Under the pieces are notes generated by a model, which was given only the letters and a program-made list of their open reading frames with translations, was not told where the DNA came from and did not search any database. A DNA stretch of 59,187 bases from Nemertoderma westbladi (Eukaryota; Animalia; Xenacoelomorpha). Shown here one piece after another: positions 37,291-49,701 of this stretch. The translations under genes were made by a program, and so were the position numbers. The DNA lies in contig JAUCBJ010006530.1 of NCBI GenBank assembly GCA_032718475.1, positions 1 through 59,187 on the forward strand, read 5' to 3'. Position 1 is the stretch's first letter; every line of letters begins with the position of its first letter.

Positions 37291-37407
37291 CCACCACTGT
37301 CTCTATCTACAGTGAAGAGGATTACAGAATAGTAATACAGTAATACAAAATACTAAATTACTAAAATACGGTAAGTCTATGTGGCAGCCATAAAGGGTCC
37401 CACATCT

Positions 37408-40400
37408 CTATTTACTGATATTGGCTGGAGATTTGTAGTCTCCTATCTCGTTTCTAGTCTCCTCAAGGAGTACGAGACGTTGTACAGGCCTATCCACGGT
37501 ACGTCCGTCGATAGTCCGTACAGTAACTGTCCTTACTACACCAGATGTAGGGTGCGTGGTCAAAATGACTCCAGTCAGCCAAAACCGTCTTTTCAGATTG
37601 GCTTCAGCCAATAAAACGTGGTCTCCTCGTCTCAAACATCGGGTATTAAGATACCAAGAGGTTATGGTTGAAATAGAGGGCAAATAATACTTCTGCCATA
37701 TTTCCCAGAATTTATTTGCAAGCAATTGAGTGATTTTCCAAGCCTTGTTGCCGTATCCGTCGCTATTAACGAGTACCGAAATGGGCAACAATGTCGTCGG
37801 CGCCTGTATGAGCAGGTGCGCTGGTGTCAAGGCAAACTGTGCGTCGTTATCGTCTGGGATCAAAGCGATCGGTCTAGTGTTCAAAATCGCTTCAATTTCT
37901 ATTAGTAACGTCTTCAGTTGGTCGTCTGTCAAGATGTGATGCGGCTTTATTACTTTAGCCATAGCTGTTTTAATTGAGCCAATCAGCCTTTCCCAAACGC
38001 CACCTCTCCACGGACTGTCTGGAGTATTAAAATTCCAAACAATTCGGTGAGGACGTAGTTCCTCGGAAATCTGATTTTGGTCCAACTTCCTTAAAGCTCT
38101 GGTTATTTCGTTCCGTGCACCCACAACGTTTGTCCCTTGGTCACAATAAATGGATTTCACCGATCCACGTCTAGCGATAAATTGCCGTAAGGCTAGGATA
38201 AAGGCATTGGTGGTTAAATCTGTTACATGCTCTATATGGACAGCTCTGCTGGCCATGCAAGTGAAGATCAATCCCCAACGTTTTACCTGTACCCTTCTGC
38301 GATTCGCCATTACGGGTCCAAAACAGTCTATCCCCGTCTCAGTGAAAGGGGGTCTAAATGCCTGTAATCTTGCAAGTGGTAGTTCACTCATTTCTTGGTG
38401 TCCTATCCTCGCGTGCACCTTCTTACAAATCATACAGTTCCGTGTTACCGAACTAAGTGCCTTGCGAGGCCAAATCAGTACAAACCTCAATCGTAAATGT
38501 GATAGATAGTGATTTCTACCCACGTGTTTGTGTTGTACATGTGCGTCCAGTATCATAGCGCGCTGTAACTCATGGTGTTGCGGTATTATGATAGGATACC
38601 TAAAGTCAATTGCAAAGTCGATGTTTTGGAGTCTGGACTTGTGGCAAAGTAAGCCCCTATAAATAATCGGACTCTAACTCAAAATCGGTAAAGACTTGAT
38701 CTGTTTACCTTGGTTGATCGCTGTGAATTCTCGTGCGAAGTATCGCAATTGATAATGTCTAATGATATCAATTTCACAATGACCAACTTCCTTTAAGGTA
38801 AGTCTTCTAGGAAAGTCGCGTTTGCCTCTGGCATATTGTTTCAAACGTTTGAGCCATGCTAACTTGCGGCACGCGTCAGTCCATGATCTAGTTAGGTTTA
38901 CTATCCGGTCAACGTTAGTTACGTTAGTGACGTCATCAGGAAAGGTATAGTCATAGTGTGGATACTTGTCTGGACTTGGTAGGTCCACGGGCCTTCCGGT
39001 AGGTTTATCTGAGTCTCCAAGTATGTCAATCTCCACGGTCTTACCTTTACCGTCCGCTCCTAATGAGTCGACTGGCAGTAACGGTTTCAACTCTACAGTA
39101 CCAGTGTGTTCCTGTGAGCCTGTAAGCTTCCTAATCTTAGTTACACGTTTACCTGTAGGTGGTAAGTCAATTATTTTCTTTGAGCGGAGTGTGATCGCTG
39201 TGGCCACACCTTTATCGTCCAAAGAAGTCAAATTCGGTAAGTTTCTAAATGTCTGCTCCAATGGGTCTTCTACTGGAGTGTCTAGTAGACAGTCTGGTGA
39301 AGCGTCCAGTGAACAGTCTGGTGAGACGTCTGGTGAGACATAGCGCGGAACTTCCAGCAAAATGTCCTGTCGTCGGTCCCAAAGAAAGTCTGGCGTAACT
39401 TCTGTCAGAAAGTCTGGTCTAAAGTCTGGTGGACAGTCTGACGAGATGTCTGGTGGAAAGTCTGGTGAGACGTCCGGTAGACAATCTGTCGAGAGTTCCA
39501 TAAAACAATCTGGCGAACAATCCGGAGAACAATCTGGTGTGCTTCTGGTGAATAATCTAGCGAGTAATCTGGTGAACAATCCGGCAAAACGTCTGGTGAA
39601 ATCTCCCGCGGAACATCCGGTGAAGGATTTGTACGAGCGTCTGGTCAAGATTCTGGTGAGACGTCTGGCGTAATGTCAGGTCTAGCGTCTAGGTCATCAG
39701 ATTTCGTCCGTCCTTGTTTCCTCTTGACCTTGGCGTTGGCTTTCGCTTTAGATTTGACAACCTTGTCGATTTTTATCTCGGCACCCTCTGGTATGGTATT
39801 GGTTGTCGCGTCAAATAATGGTGGCCATTCGTCTGATGGTCGCTGTAGGAAATCGGGTCCTCTAAACCAAAAGGATTTATTGTCCGGTTTACAAAAGTCG
39901 AGCGGTAACATCACCCGTGAGGGCTGGGTTCAGCTTCCCTGGACAGTGACGCCAATCGTGTTTGAGCGACCGGTCTAATATTTCAGCCCGTCTGTTGGCT
40001 ACGAAAGTCTTGAACTCAAATGCTTCGTTGTTTATGTACCAAAGTACCAACGTCGCATCCGTCCAATATGTGACCTTCAAGTTAGCCTCCAGCTCGCATT
40101 GAACTAGACTGACAATATCGGTGGATATCGTCCCGGCTTGCAGCTCTCCACGAGGTATAGTCATATACTTCAACGGCGTTGTTCTAGCCCTAGAAGTAAC
40201 GAGAGACACATCGTAGCTGTCCGATGTCACTTGTCATCTAATGTATAAAGTAACCCCCAATCCTTGCTAGCGTCACTAAAGCTGTGAAGCTCTAAATCGG
40301 CAGGAAAGGTGGTCTGCAAAGGAAAGTATATCCTCGGTATGGTATAGTCTTGTAGGAACGTCAGTTGGGCTTCCCAGTCCCTCCATTGCTCAGCTGACTT

Positions 40401-43400
40401 TTCTGGGATGGGATCGTCCCATTCCAGTCCGGCTTGCCAAATGCTGCGGAGTATGATCCTAGCATGTAGGATCACTGGAATAATGAAACACAATGGGTCA
40501 TACAATCGACTCATGGTCGATAAGCAAGTCCTCTTAGTGAGAGGTCTAGTCTGGTCGTTGGACCTTACACGTACCCTAAAATTGTCGGTGTTAGGGTCCC
40601 AACTAAGTCCTAATACTTTGGTCATCGGTAGAGGTTCTAGGTCTAAGTCCAAGTCACCTCCACTGCGATCCGTTGGGTCAATTGAGTTCACTAGTTCGGG
40701 TTCGTTGGAAGCAAACTTTGTCAGGCGGAATCCGCCCTCAGCAAGACAATCCTGGAGTTGGTGTGCTACAGTTGTAGCGCGCTCCAAAGTGTCACAACTC
40801 TTGAGGCCGTCATCCACGTAGAAATCTCATTCCACTGTCCGAACTACTTCTGGGTCAAAATGGTCTCGTCTGTCCAATGTGGTCTGCTTTAAGGCGTACA
40901 TGGTGCAGTTGGGGCTGTCCCTGGTTCCGAAAACTATTACGTGCATTTGCTTTGGTAAGTTTCTGGCGGAAGTTCTAAATTTCCGTCCGGATACCAAAGA
41001 AACCTTAAGCTGTCCCTGTCCCGCTCCAAAGCCTTAACCTGGTGAAACATGGCCTCTACGTCACAGGTGAAAGCCACTTTGTGTTGTCTAAAACGCATTA
41101 GGACTCCCATGAGGTAATTATTCATATTCGGCCCGTCCATCAGTTCGCTGTTCATAGACATCCCTTGGTAAAGCGCGGCGCAGTTGTTGACTACACGCAC
41201 CTTGCCAGGTTTGTCCGGGTGTCGAACAAAATGATGTGGCAGGTAATATGTCTGATCGGTGGTTACCTCGGGATTTAACATCCTAATGGCGTATCCCTTT
41301 TGGAGATACGTCTGAAGTTGCGGATTGTATTGCATATGGGCTGTCTCATCTCGCAACAATCGCTGCCTTATTGATTTGAGTCGCCTCAAAGCAAGCGGGT
41401 AATTGTTAACGAGCTTAGGTTGTCCATTGCGCCACAACATGCCAACCTCATAGTGGCCATTTGCAGTCTGGCGAATGGTATCTCTCATAATATTTAATGA
41501 CTGTTTTTCCTGTTCTGACATAGCGGTCTCGTAACTACGGGGTTCTGCTGAGTCCTGTTCCAACCATTGAATGGTCCATTCAGTCAGCAGTCGGTCAAGC
41601 GCTGCTTGCACTGTGCCATGGTCCTCGTCCACGTCTTCGTCCGCTGCGGTGGCTAGTGTCAATGTGTCTGGTAGGCTCGCAAGCCTTCCGGTGTCACTAG
41701 TTGGTGTCGAATTGTCGTGCGGCAGTTTGACAACTTCTTGATCTGTCGGTAGGCTCGCAAGCCTTCCAAGATCAACGACCGGTGTCAAAGCCTGGTGGGT
41801 GGGGTCAATGACCTTCAGATTTTTTGGTAGGCTCGCAAGCCTTCCAAAATCCTCGTTCATCGAGTCATCCACAGCAACACCCCTTTGGCCTTCGGTAGTT
41901 AATACAACCTGGTTTACTGCAAGTAGTTGTAAGTCAGAGGTCCATGTGGTCGTGTCCAGATCAGTTACGTCAGTATCGGTGGCGTCTGCGTTTGCGACGC
42001 AAGTCTGCCGTAGTGCCGTCTGTACAATTGGACCACAGGAGTGTGAAGGAGAATTATCTATCGTGTTAGTCAATAAACTACACGTACTCAAAACGTCGTC
42101 CTCCTGGTCACTTACATCTAGTGAACGTATTGGTGCTCTAGTATACCAACCTATGGGAGTTCTACATCTGTAGGGGTTTCCCGCTGTAATAAAAGATGGG
42201 CGTGTCTCCCATACCTGATGTAAGTTAAACTGGTCTGTCCCAATTAACATCGTGATTGAGCGATAATTAACAGGACATTCCGGTATTCCAAGGTGTCAGA
42301 AATACTTATGATCTTCCGGTGATTGCTCTGGCACAGGGCCAAGCAAGTTACTAAAGTCCTTCGTAGCTGCAAAGGTCAAATTTCTTACCGGAAGTAATGA
42401 GCGCTCGCTCCTCCTTGCTGTGTTCTGCTTTGGAAAGAAGAGTGTCTAAAGTTAGTTGTACTCTTGTCACTGGAATCGTTCGCTTACCATGCATGCTGCT
42501 TACAGTATACTGAGCAGTCTTACCTTGACTCATGTCCATAACCACGTCGGCTACTTGTTCGTCGGCATAACTATGCGATGATGCAGAGTCCAAGATAGCG
42601 TATATACGCTTGCTCCCTCGGGTTCCGGTAATCTTTATAGGAATCACGCTAAACCCTTTCAATTGGTTCTGTGTGAGGAGTGTTACCAATGGCTGTTCCT
42701 CCCCCGTATGCACGTAAAATGTGTAGTCTTCCTCCTCGTCCTCGTCCGATGATCCCGATTGGTTCATACAATCCGCGTAGAAAGTACGAATCTCGCGCAG
42801 CGCACGCTCCTTATAAAGCACGTCGCATCTAGCCGCTTGATCTGGATGCTCTCGTCGAAAGTGTCTGGTCGGAGTATGACTGGTAGTGTGAAGTAACGCG
42901 TCATGGTTACATCCTCACAGAGGACATGTATCGTTGCTCGGGCAATCCTTCCGGACGTGTCCTGGCTTCGTACATCTCCAGCAAGAATCCAAAGATTGAA
43001 TTTGAAGTCTTCTCTCTTCGATTCCTAACTCCTTAAAAGCGCGACATCCACGTAGTTTATGTCCGCTATGGTTCCGCTCGCAGTATGAGCATCCCACAAA
43101 GTCCGCCGGCAACTGTTGTCATGGCTGCGTGGTGCCGATAGGCGTCAGAACTTTAGAAGTCTCAGTAGGGGTGGCGTAGGTAATGGCTTTCGCGTTTGTC
43201 GGAAACGGTTTAGTCCAATTTGGCGCAGAAATAGCTATCCCTTCTGCCGCAATATGGTGATCAGTGTAGTTCGATCGAGTCTCGATCACGGCCTCCCGCG
43301 AAATCAGCTGGTAGACGTATTGTAGACAGTGGTAGACAGTGGTAGACAGTTGGTGGTACTCGATGCGTCGCCATTCTTGTCGTAGTCGATGATGAAGTCT

Positions 43401-46136
43401 ACCGATAATTCGAATCGAATGAGAACTGTCAGTATGTTAGCGTATTTGAGTTGTCCAATGGACCGTAAGTCCCTATAGTGTTCTTGATTTCGTCCGCGAG
43501 TCGTAAAAGGTCGATCGGTTTCAAAATGCTGCCTCCTCTGCAGAGGTCTTCGATAATGGATTTAGCCATGGCGACGTTACTTCCGTAAATCGAATATAAA
43601 CGGTCGTACGCCAACTCAAAGGCATCTGGAACACCAATGAAGGTTTCCGCTAATCGTTTCAGCTCACCAGACAGGACTAGGAGCACGTAATTAAACTTCT
43701 CCGTCAAGGTGAAAGCGCACTTAGCAATCTGGGACTCTACGTAGTCTACCAATGTTCGCCAGTGTTTCGTTTTGCCAGAGAACTTCGGCGGTTACTGTGC
43801 CGGTAATCCGTGTCTAGCCGCGAATTTCGCCATCTTGCTAACCAAATCCAACTGTCCGCATCCCTGTTCGGTTGCGTCGTCCAGTCATTCCCTTCCGCGC
43901 GTTGTTCGTTGGTAGGAAATATTAATAGGATCTTCTTCTCGATGGTTCGGAGTCTGTCTAGTCTCCTGTTCTCTCCTTGGTGGTCGATGTTGTCTAGGTT
44001 GTTCCAACTCCATGCTGGTTTGTGATCGATCCGACAGTTGCGTTTCGAGTCACTCTTCTATCTGAGCTAGACGGTCTGTTACAGGTCGCATTATTTCGGC
44101 GAGTCTGTTGGTGCTGATCGCTTCCGCTGGTTGCAACGTGGGTTTCTGTTGGGGTGTTTCTCATGGTGGGTTGTCAACGAATTGGTTAGTCAATCATTCC
44201 TCTGGTTTGTAATCCGCTGCCGCTGCCGCTTCAGTACGGAATATTTCCCGTTCCGTCGACTCTGAGTCACTAGATGAGTTGCTGTCGTACGGATAAGGTG
44301 GTTGGCGGGTTCGCGTCCGGCGTATTACCTTTTGTCTCATTTGTTGAGGTCTAGAATCTACGGTTCTCCGTCTTTCGGTAGGCTCACAAGCCTTCCACGA
44401 AGTCGTAGGTCTCGTTAAACGTTGTTCGATCCTGTGGGTACAACCCACATCCGTCCTCCTCCGTTGTTCGGTAGGCTCGCAAGCCTTCCACGAAGTCGTA
44501 GGTTGCGTCAAACATTGTGTCAAAGGTCTAGTAAAGTAGTCGGGATTGCACAGCACGCCACAGGTTTAACTGCTAACGGCTTACTTACCTGATTAATTGT
44601 CATAAACGCAGGTTCCTCTCTTCCTACAAGTAGACTACGACTTACTGTAGGAGGACTAGATACATTACCTGCTAAAATTGGCGATGAAGTTGCCCTAGGT
44701 TGCGGTATTTCCGTCACAACAAACCTGTTACCTTGCGTCGAGCGCACAGGCGTTATTTCCTTAGGTTTTGTAACAAAGACCAGTTTTATCAGAGTTGTGG
44801 GGTTGAGCATAGGAATCACTTGTGGAAAACGTTCACAGTAATCCTCGACGAACTCATCTCTTCGATCCATCACTCCCACACTTCCTTCCTCGATTCGCTT
44901 CTGTATCCTGCGATATTGAGCTTCCAGGCGATCCAGGGCAGACAAATCGTGTCCAGCTCGCGATCTTATAGATCTATCTCTCGCGTTAATTTGTCTCATT
45001 AATTTGTCTCACTTCCATCTTGGCGCAAGTGTCAGATGCCGCTTTCTTCCGAGCCAACTCCGCTGCGTTTACTGTCGCAACTCGTGCTAATTCGTCGGCT
45101 GCAGCTTCTCGTGCCAAATCTTCCTCCAATCTTCTTAATTCCAAGGCTTCGACTTCTGCTTGCGCTTTGAGTTGCGCAATCCGTGCCTCATCTTCTCTCT
45201 GTTGTTTCTCTCCCTCGATGGCGATCTGTGCCATCTGTCGTTGCGCTTCTTCCTCGACGACTTGTTGTTGGCGTGCAACTTCCTGTAGTTGTTGAGTAAT
45301 TACATACGCTGTTCTACTAACATCGCCAACGTCGCTCCGCATGCTAACGAACGATCTATCTATTGGTGGATTTTGGTAGGCTCGCGAGCCTTCCGTAGTG
45401 AGAACTCCCGTCGTCCCTCGCGGTTCGACTTCCGGTTCTTCGATCGGTATGCCGTTTCTACGAAGAAAATTGGTGATCATCCCTAACCTCCCGTCCAGGC
45501 AGTATAGTTCTTCTTCCTCTTCGGGTTTTAACAACGCGTCCAAAACTGACTCACCTAGCAGTTGGGCGAACTGCTCCTGTTGAGCCAATCTTATTACTGA
45601 CTTAAACTGGAAAAGGCTTTCTCTCGCACTTACCAACTTATCTATTATCTTTACCTGAGTAAAGTTGTCGCCACGCAATTGCGTGGCGACAAGTTCTGCT
45701 CTGCAAGTTTGTGTAAACCTTTAAGTTTATCTACGGAGGCATGTACACTACTTTCTATCCTTACCTGTAAGGTGTAGAACTCGTATCTCGACATCGGGGC
45801 GGTTAACTCGCGTAAAACGCGAAAACCTTCTCCAAGGTTTCGAGTAATCTGGGCCATGTGTCCTCCCATCATTCTAATGACATTTTCTTGGCTTCCCGCC
45901 AAGCTTACCATGTCTGGTTCCTGTGACCTGGTCTGCGGGATTGTAAGGAAATCCTCAATCCTGCCGTCGCCACGCATTGCGGCTTCCGATATTTCCGTTC
46001 GGGGTACCGGCGACGCACGCGGTGTGACATCGGTAGAATCTCGGGTTCTCCTTCTCGGTTCGTCTACTGTCGATCTGTCCGGGTCGCACGAGTCATAGTC
46101 GGTAGGGGGGGTATCGAGTCGAATGGGGTGTGTCAC
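37408..46136 (-). pseudogene. Element B gag-pol (many frameshifts and stops)
   Basis: Gag FSGKTKHWRT..EKFNY; knuckles CSYC..H..C and CWRCTKPGHVRKDC; PR ILDSASS; RT YYLPHH, CDVEAMFHQV, FYVDDG; RH FSDAS, PRGEL, WTDA; IN H..H..CMIC, GIDCFGP, CDQGTN, GGVWERLI. Confidence 0.93.
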
Positions 46137-47149
46137 TCATGTCTTATTATATACGTCAAGTACGGGTAATAAAATGTCAAAGTATCGGAATGTTGAAATG
46201 TCAAACTTACCTTGGTATATATATATATAGCATATATATACCCTAACCGGTACAAATAAATCAACAAAGTCAGAATGTCGAAATGTCAAAATGTCCAAAT
46301 GTCAAACTTACCTTGATATATATATATATCATATATATACCCTAACCGATACAAATAAAACTAACAGAGTATATAATAAAATATGTAATAATCTAGCCTA
46401 CCAGCTAAATTTGTACGAATAAGTGAGATAATGGTATATGTTACCAAAATGTAGATCAACAAGTACAAATGATAGGCAAAACAGCAACGTCTAACAAGAA
46501 AAATAAGTACCAACAACACTACTAATTAGACAGTGAAACCCAGAAATTTTGAGTACTACTGTGCTTTCTAAGTTTGAACGACACGAGTCGTAAAACTACG
46601 CTCCTTTGATCTTCCAGTCGTGCAAATTCCCAAATACAAACTGGACGTGGGTCGTTCCGTTTTTCGGCGGCGCGGACAAATATTTTGTCTCCCAACCTTT
46701 GCGAAAAGCGGTCTAATCCTCGAAGCAGTACAGAAATGAGTCCTTGAGTCCTAAAAAGTCGAAGGTGAGAGTTTTACTTCTACTCTACGAAAAATCTTCC
46801 TAGGTACCGATACAACTTGGTCTTTAAACCCTATGTACCTTTTCAAATACCAAAAAGTAACACCGCACACACACGGTGTAAAACAAAATGCTACAAACTA
46901 ACTATTAGCTAGTCAAATATTAAATACGAAACTACTAGCTACCCTAAAGCCTACTGAAGCAGGGGACGATCTACAAATTACTAATTTTACTAACCTTAAA
47001 TTTTTTAAATATCTCCTACTTACAATAGCTAACAATATTTACATATATCTTACTTTAGGTAAGATATATCTACCATTTGCAAATCACAATTTGCAAACTA
47101 AACAATAAATATACCTCACTGTTGTGAGGTAAACAAACATATATCTCAC

Positions 47150-48783
47150 TGTTGTGTCCTCTACGGTAGGGACTACCTTACAGCCTACAAATCTACTAAT
47201 ACAAAGCTATAGAATATCTCTAAGCGTAAAGTCCAGTAGTATACCGCTTACCAGATCCTAGTAACGATGTATCTTACTGTAAGACTCTAGTAATGAAACG
47301 GGCTAGTACAGTATCTGACAACAAATCCCAGTCCAGGATATCTAAACAAACAGATACAATACACAAATTACTACTGGCGAGGAGCAGAGCCTGGTGTCAA
47401 ATCTATGTACGTGAGCGGGTCTAATGCCTACAAACTAGACAAAAGGATACCTGTCCTCTAACCGGTATGGCAGATGTACAGTTACAGTAACAGACCAAAC
47501 TCACGGGAAAACAATCCCCGCGCAGCGAATCCTAACTATCGCTGAAAGTCCGAAATACTGTAACTTGCCGCAGTGTGATTTATATGGTTTATATACGAGC
47601 TAGGTGGGTTACAGACCTAGCGTAACAATACTGATCTCCCTGTCTGAATCCTTCTAAAAAGGGTCGTGCCCAATATAACAATGCTGCTGCTCTAGGCAAA
47701 CAACAGTTAATAACGAAAATGAAACACTCCCTTGCCGTAACTAAATATCTGATCCTAATTTTACAAATACGAATGGTAAGTTATAGATATACTCTGCCTA
47801 AAGTGATCTAAAGTGCGCTATCTAGTAGAACTCTAAGGGTAAATATGTTTTAGGGCGTGTGTGTGTGTGTGTTACAATAAAACAATTTTGGTGTATATCA
47901 TTTACTAGGTTTTAGTAATTCTCTGACCAAAACAATACCGTGCGCTAGCTACTAAAATATGCTAGTCGCGCTTTGTAGAACTTTATACTTACAAATGACG
48001 TCAAAGCTCTCTCCTTCCTATCCACAACTCAACTGGGCAACCACGGTGTTAGTAACTACACCCGTGATCGGCACAAATACCAGATTCTGGTTGTAAGATA
48101 AGAAATAGGGATTAATTGCTACCGTACGTTAGCTGATCTGGTATACAAATTTGATTCTAGAACTTTGTTGCTGCGGTAGTTAACAGCAAATACCTATCAG
48201 TACGTGGCAAGGCGCGGTAGGATATTAATAAAACCTCCCTAGGCCAAGCGGTGTGCCGGTAGCAGAAATGCTCCTTGCCTGATCAAATAACTAACTTCAG
48301 GCAGGGGGGGGGGGGGGGTACTAATGTATGTTCTACAAAGCAAACCGGTACCAAACAGTCAGTACTGCAAATCACTAAATTATGGAATGTATGCTGTCTG
48401 TACCTAATATGTACTCGTGTACCGACGGACGGCAATAGCTCGCACCTATGAGGTATACAGGTAACCTAGGGATTCGTAATACTGACAAGGGGGTTCTGCC
48501 TAGAACATAGTTATTTGATCCTAAAATTTGCGGCGTCCCAGGACGGCGTCACGCTTACCCTGATCTATAGGTCTTACGTCGGGCAAGGGCGTCAAACAAA
48601 GTCTTACCTTCCTCATAAAGCGGGCGCTGCATGGTAAGTGGAGTATTTCAAAGGGCGAAGGGGGTGCGCGGTCTAATCTAATGTGGGCGCTAGCGTGTTG
48701 TGGACATCTTTTCCCTGCGTTGCTGATGGCCTAACGGTCTAGGCGGCCATCTTCCTGATGCTTGGCTGTCCCAAAGTTGGACA
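47150..48783 (-). repeat. Element B 5' LTR (outer end approximate)
   Basis: Begins TGTTGTGTCCTCTACGGTAGGGACTACC as at 20940; homologous to the left copy up to 48456. Confidence 0.8.
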
Positions 48784-48986
48784 TTCAGAAAAGTGCATGT
48801 TCAGAACTTTTATAGTATATTTACAGTTTACAAAACTAATTCTTCATACATTCTTCTTTATATAGAGAGGGCTGGGTTGTAGGCTGAGACAAATAGGGGG
48901 TAAATAGAGGGAGGCCAGGGGAGTGGTTTTACAAACATTGTTGTAAAGCTAAACATATGACAAATCTGCTTTGAGAACAAACTTAC

Positions 48987-49094
48987 ATTGTCTCTTTCAA
49001 CTAATTTGTTGGAGTCCTCGTTGTTGTCTCCATTGCACTCCACAGCTAAAAGAGCTGCCAGAGCTGAGAGTAGGAGAGTTTCCTTTATTGACAT
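48987..49094 (-). CDS. Signal-peptide exon (probable exon 1 of the FReD gene)
   Basis: MSIKETLLLSALAALLAVECNGDNNEDSNKLVERDN (36 codons) followed by consensus donor GTAAGT (phase 0), matching the phase-0 acceptor at 14081. Confidence 0.75.
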
Positions 49095-49147
49095 TGTAGA
49101 GTTGTGATAAATAATTTTTTTACACAAACGAAAATACAATCTTCTGT

Positions 49148-49186
49148 GAATGACTTTAATAATGACAGAAACATACCCTATATTTC
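49148..49186 (-). promoter_or_regulatory. Candidate core promoter of the FReD gene
   Basis: TATA-like AATATAGG ~30 nt upstream of Inr-like TCATTC, ~57 nt before the ATG. Confidence 0.3.
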
Positions 49187-49701
49187 TACACAAGTAATAC
49201 TAATACACACATACAGTACACATTAGATACTGTCTGCTGTAAGCTTAGTGGAAGCCAAGTAGCTCAAAGTTAACGAAGGGATCAGTTTATATGAATAAAT
49301 AATTGGTCTATTTTCTTATTATAAGTAACGGACTGATAGACCAACACAAACTCTCCTACTAAAAAGGTTCATTGGATACCAGCCGTTGCCTAATAATAAT
49401 GGATATTGGTTTCAGTAAACTACAGTAGCAAAGAGGAAATAAGAGGATAATAGCAAAGCTGAGTTGATATGAATCTTTCAAGAAGAGTTTACAGAACCCA
49501 ACTGATGTAAAGAAAATTAAGATTGTAATTGAAAAAAAAATTAAGAAAAGTAAGATTGGGCTGTACCACCATGATCATATTGTTAGATACAATACTTTTC
49601 AGTGGGGATGGACTGATGGATTTGATGGCTGACTCCATTCTCGCATCGTATGTGGCATCCTGGATCAGGCTACTCTCGGACAAGTTGGAGGCCAGACAAT
49701 T

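Larger units (their letters stand above)
20940..48783 (-). mobile_element. BEL/Pao LTR retrotransposon B (degenerate; interrupted by element A; right boundary approximate)
   Basis: LTR copies at 20940-20968 + 35128-35792 and from 47150 rightwards; gag-PR-RT-RH-IN order with BEL motifs. Right end is placed where GC-rich LTR-like sequence gives way to AT-rich DNA; TSD not found. Confidence 0.85.
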
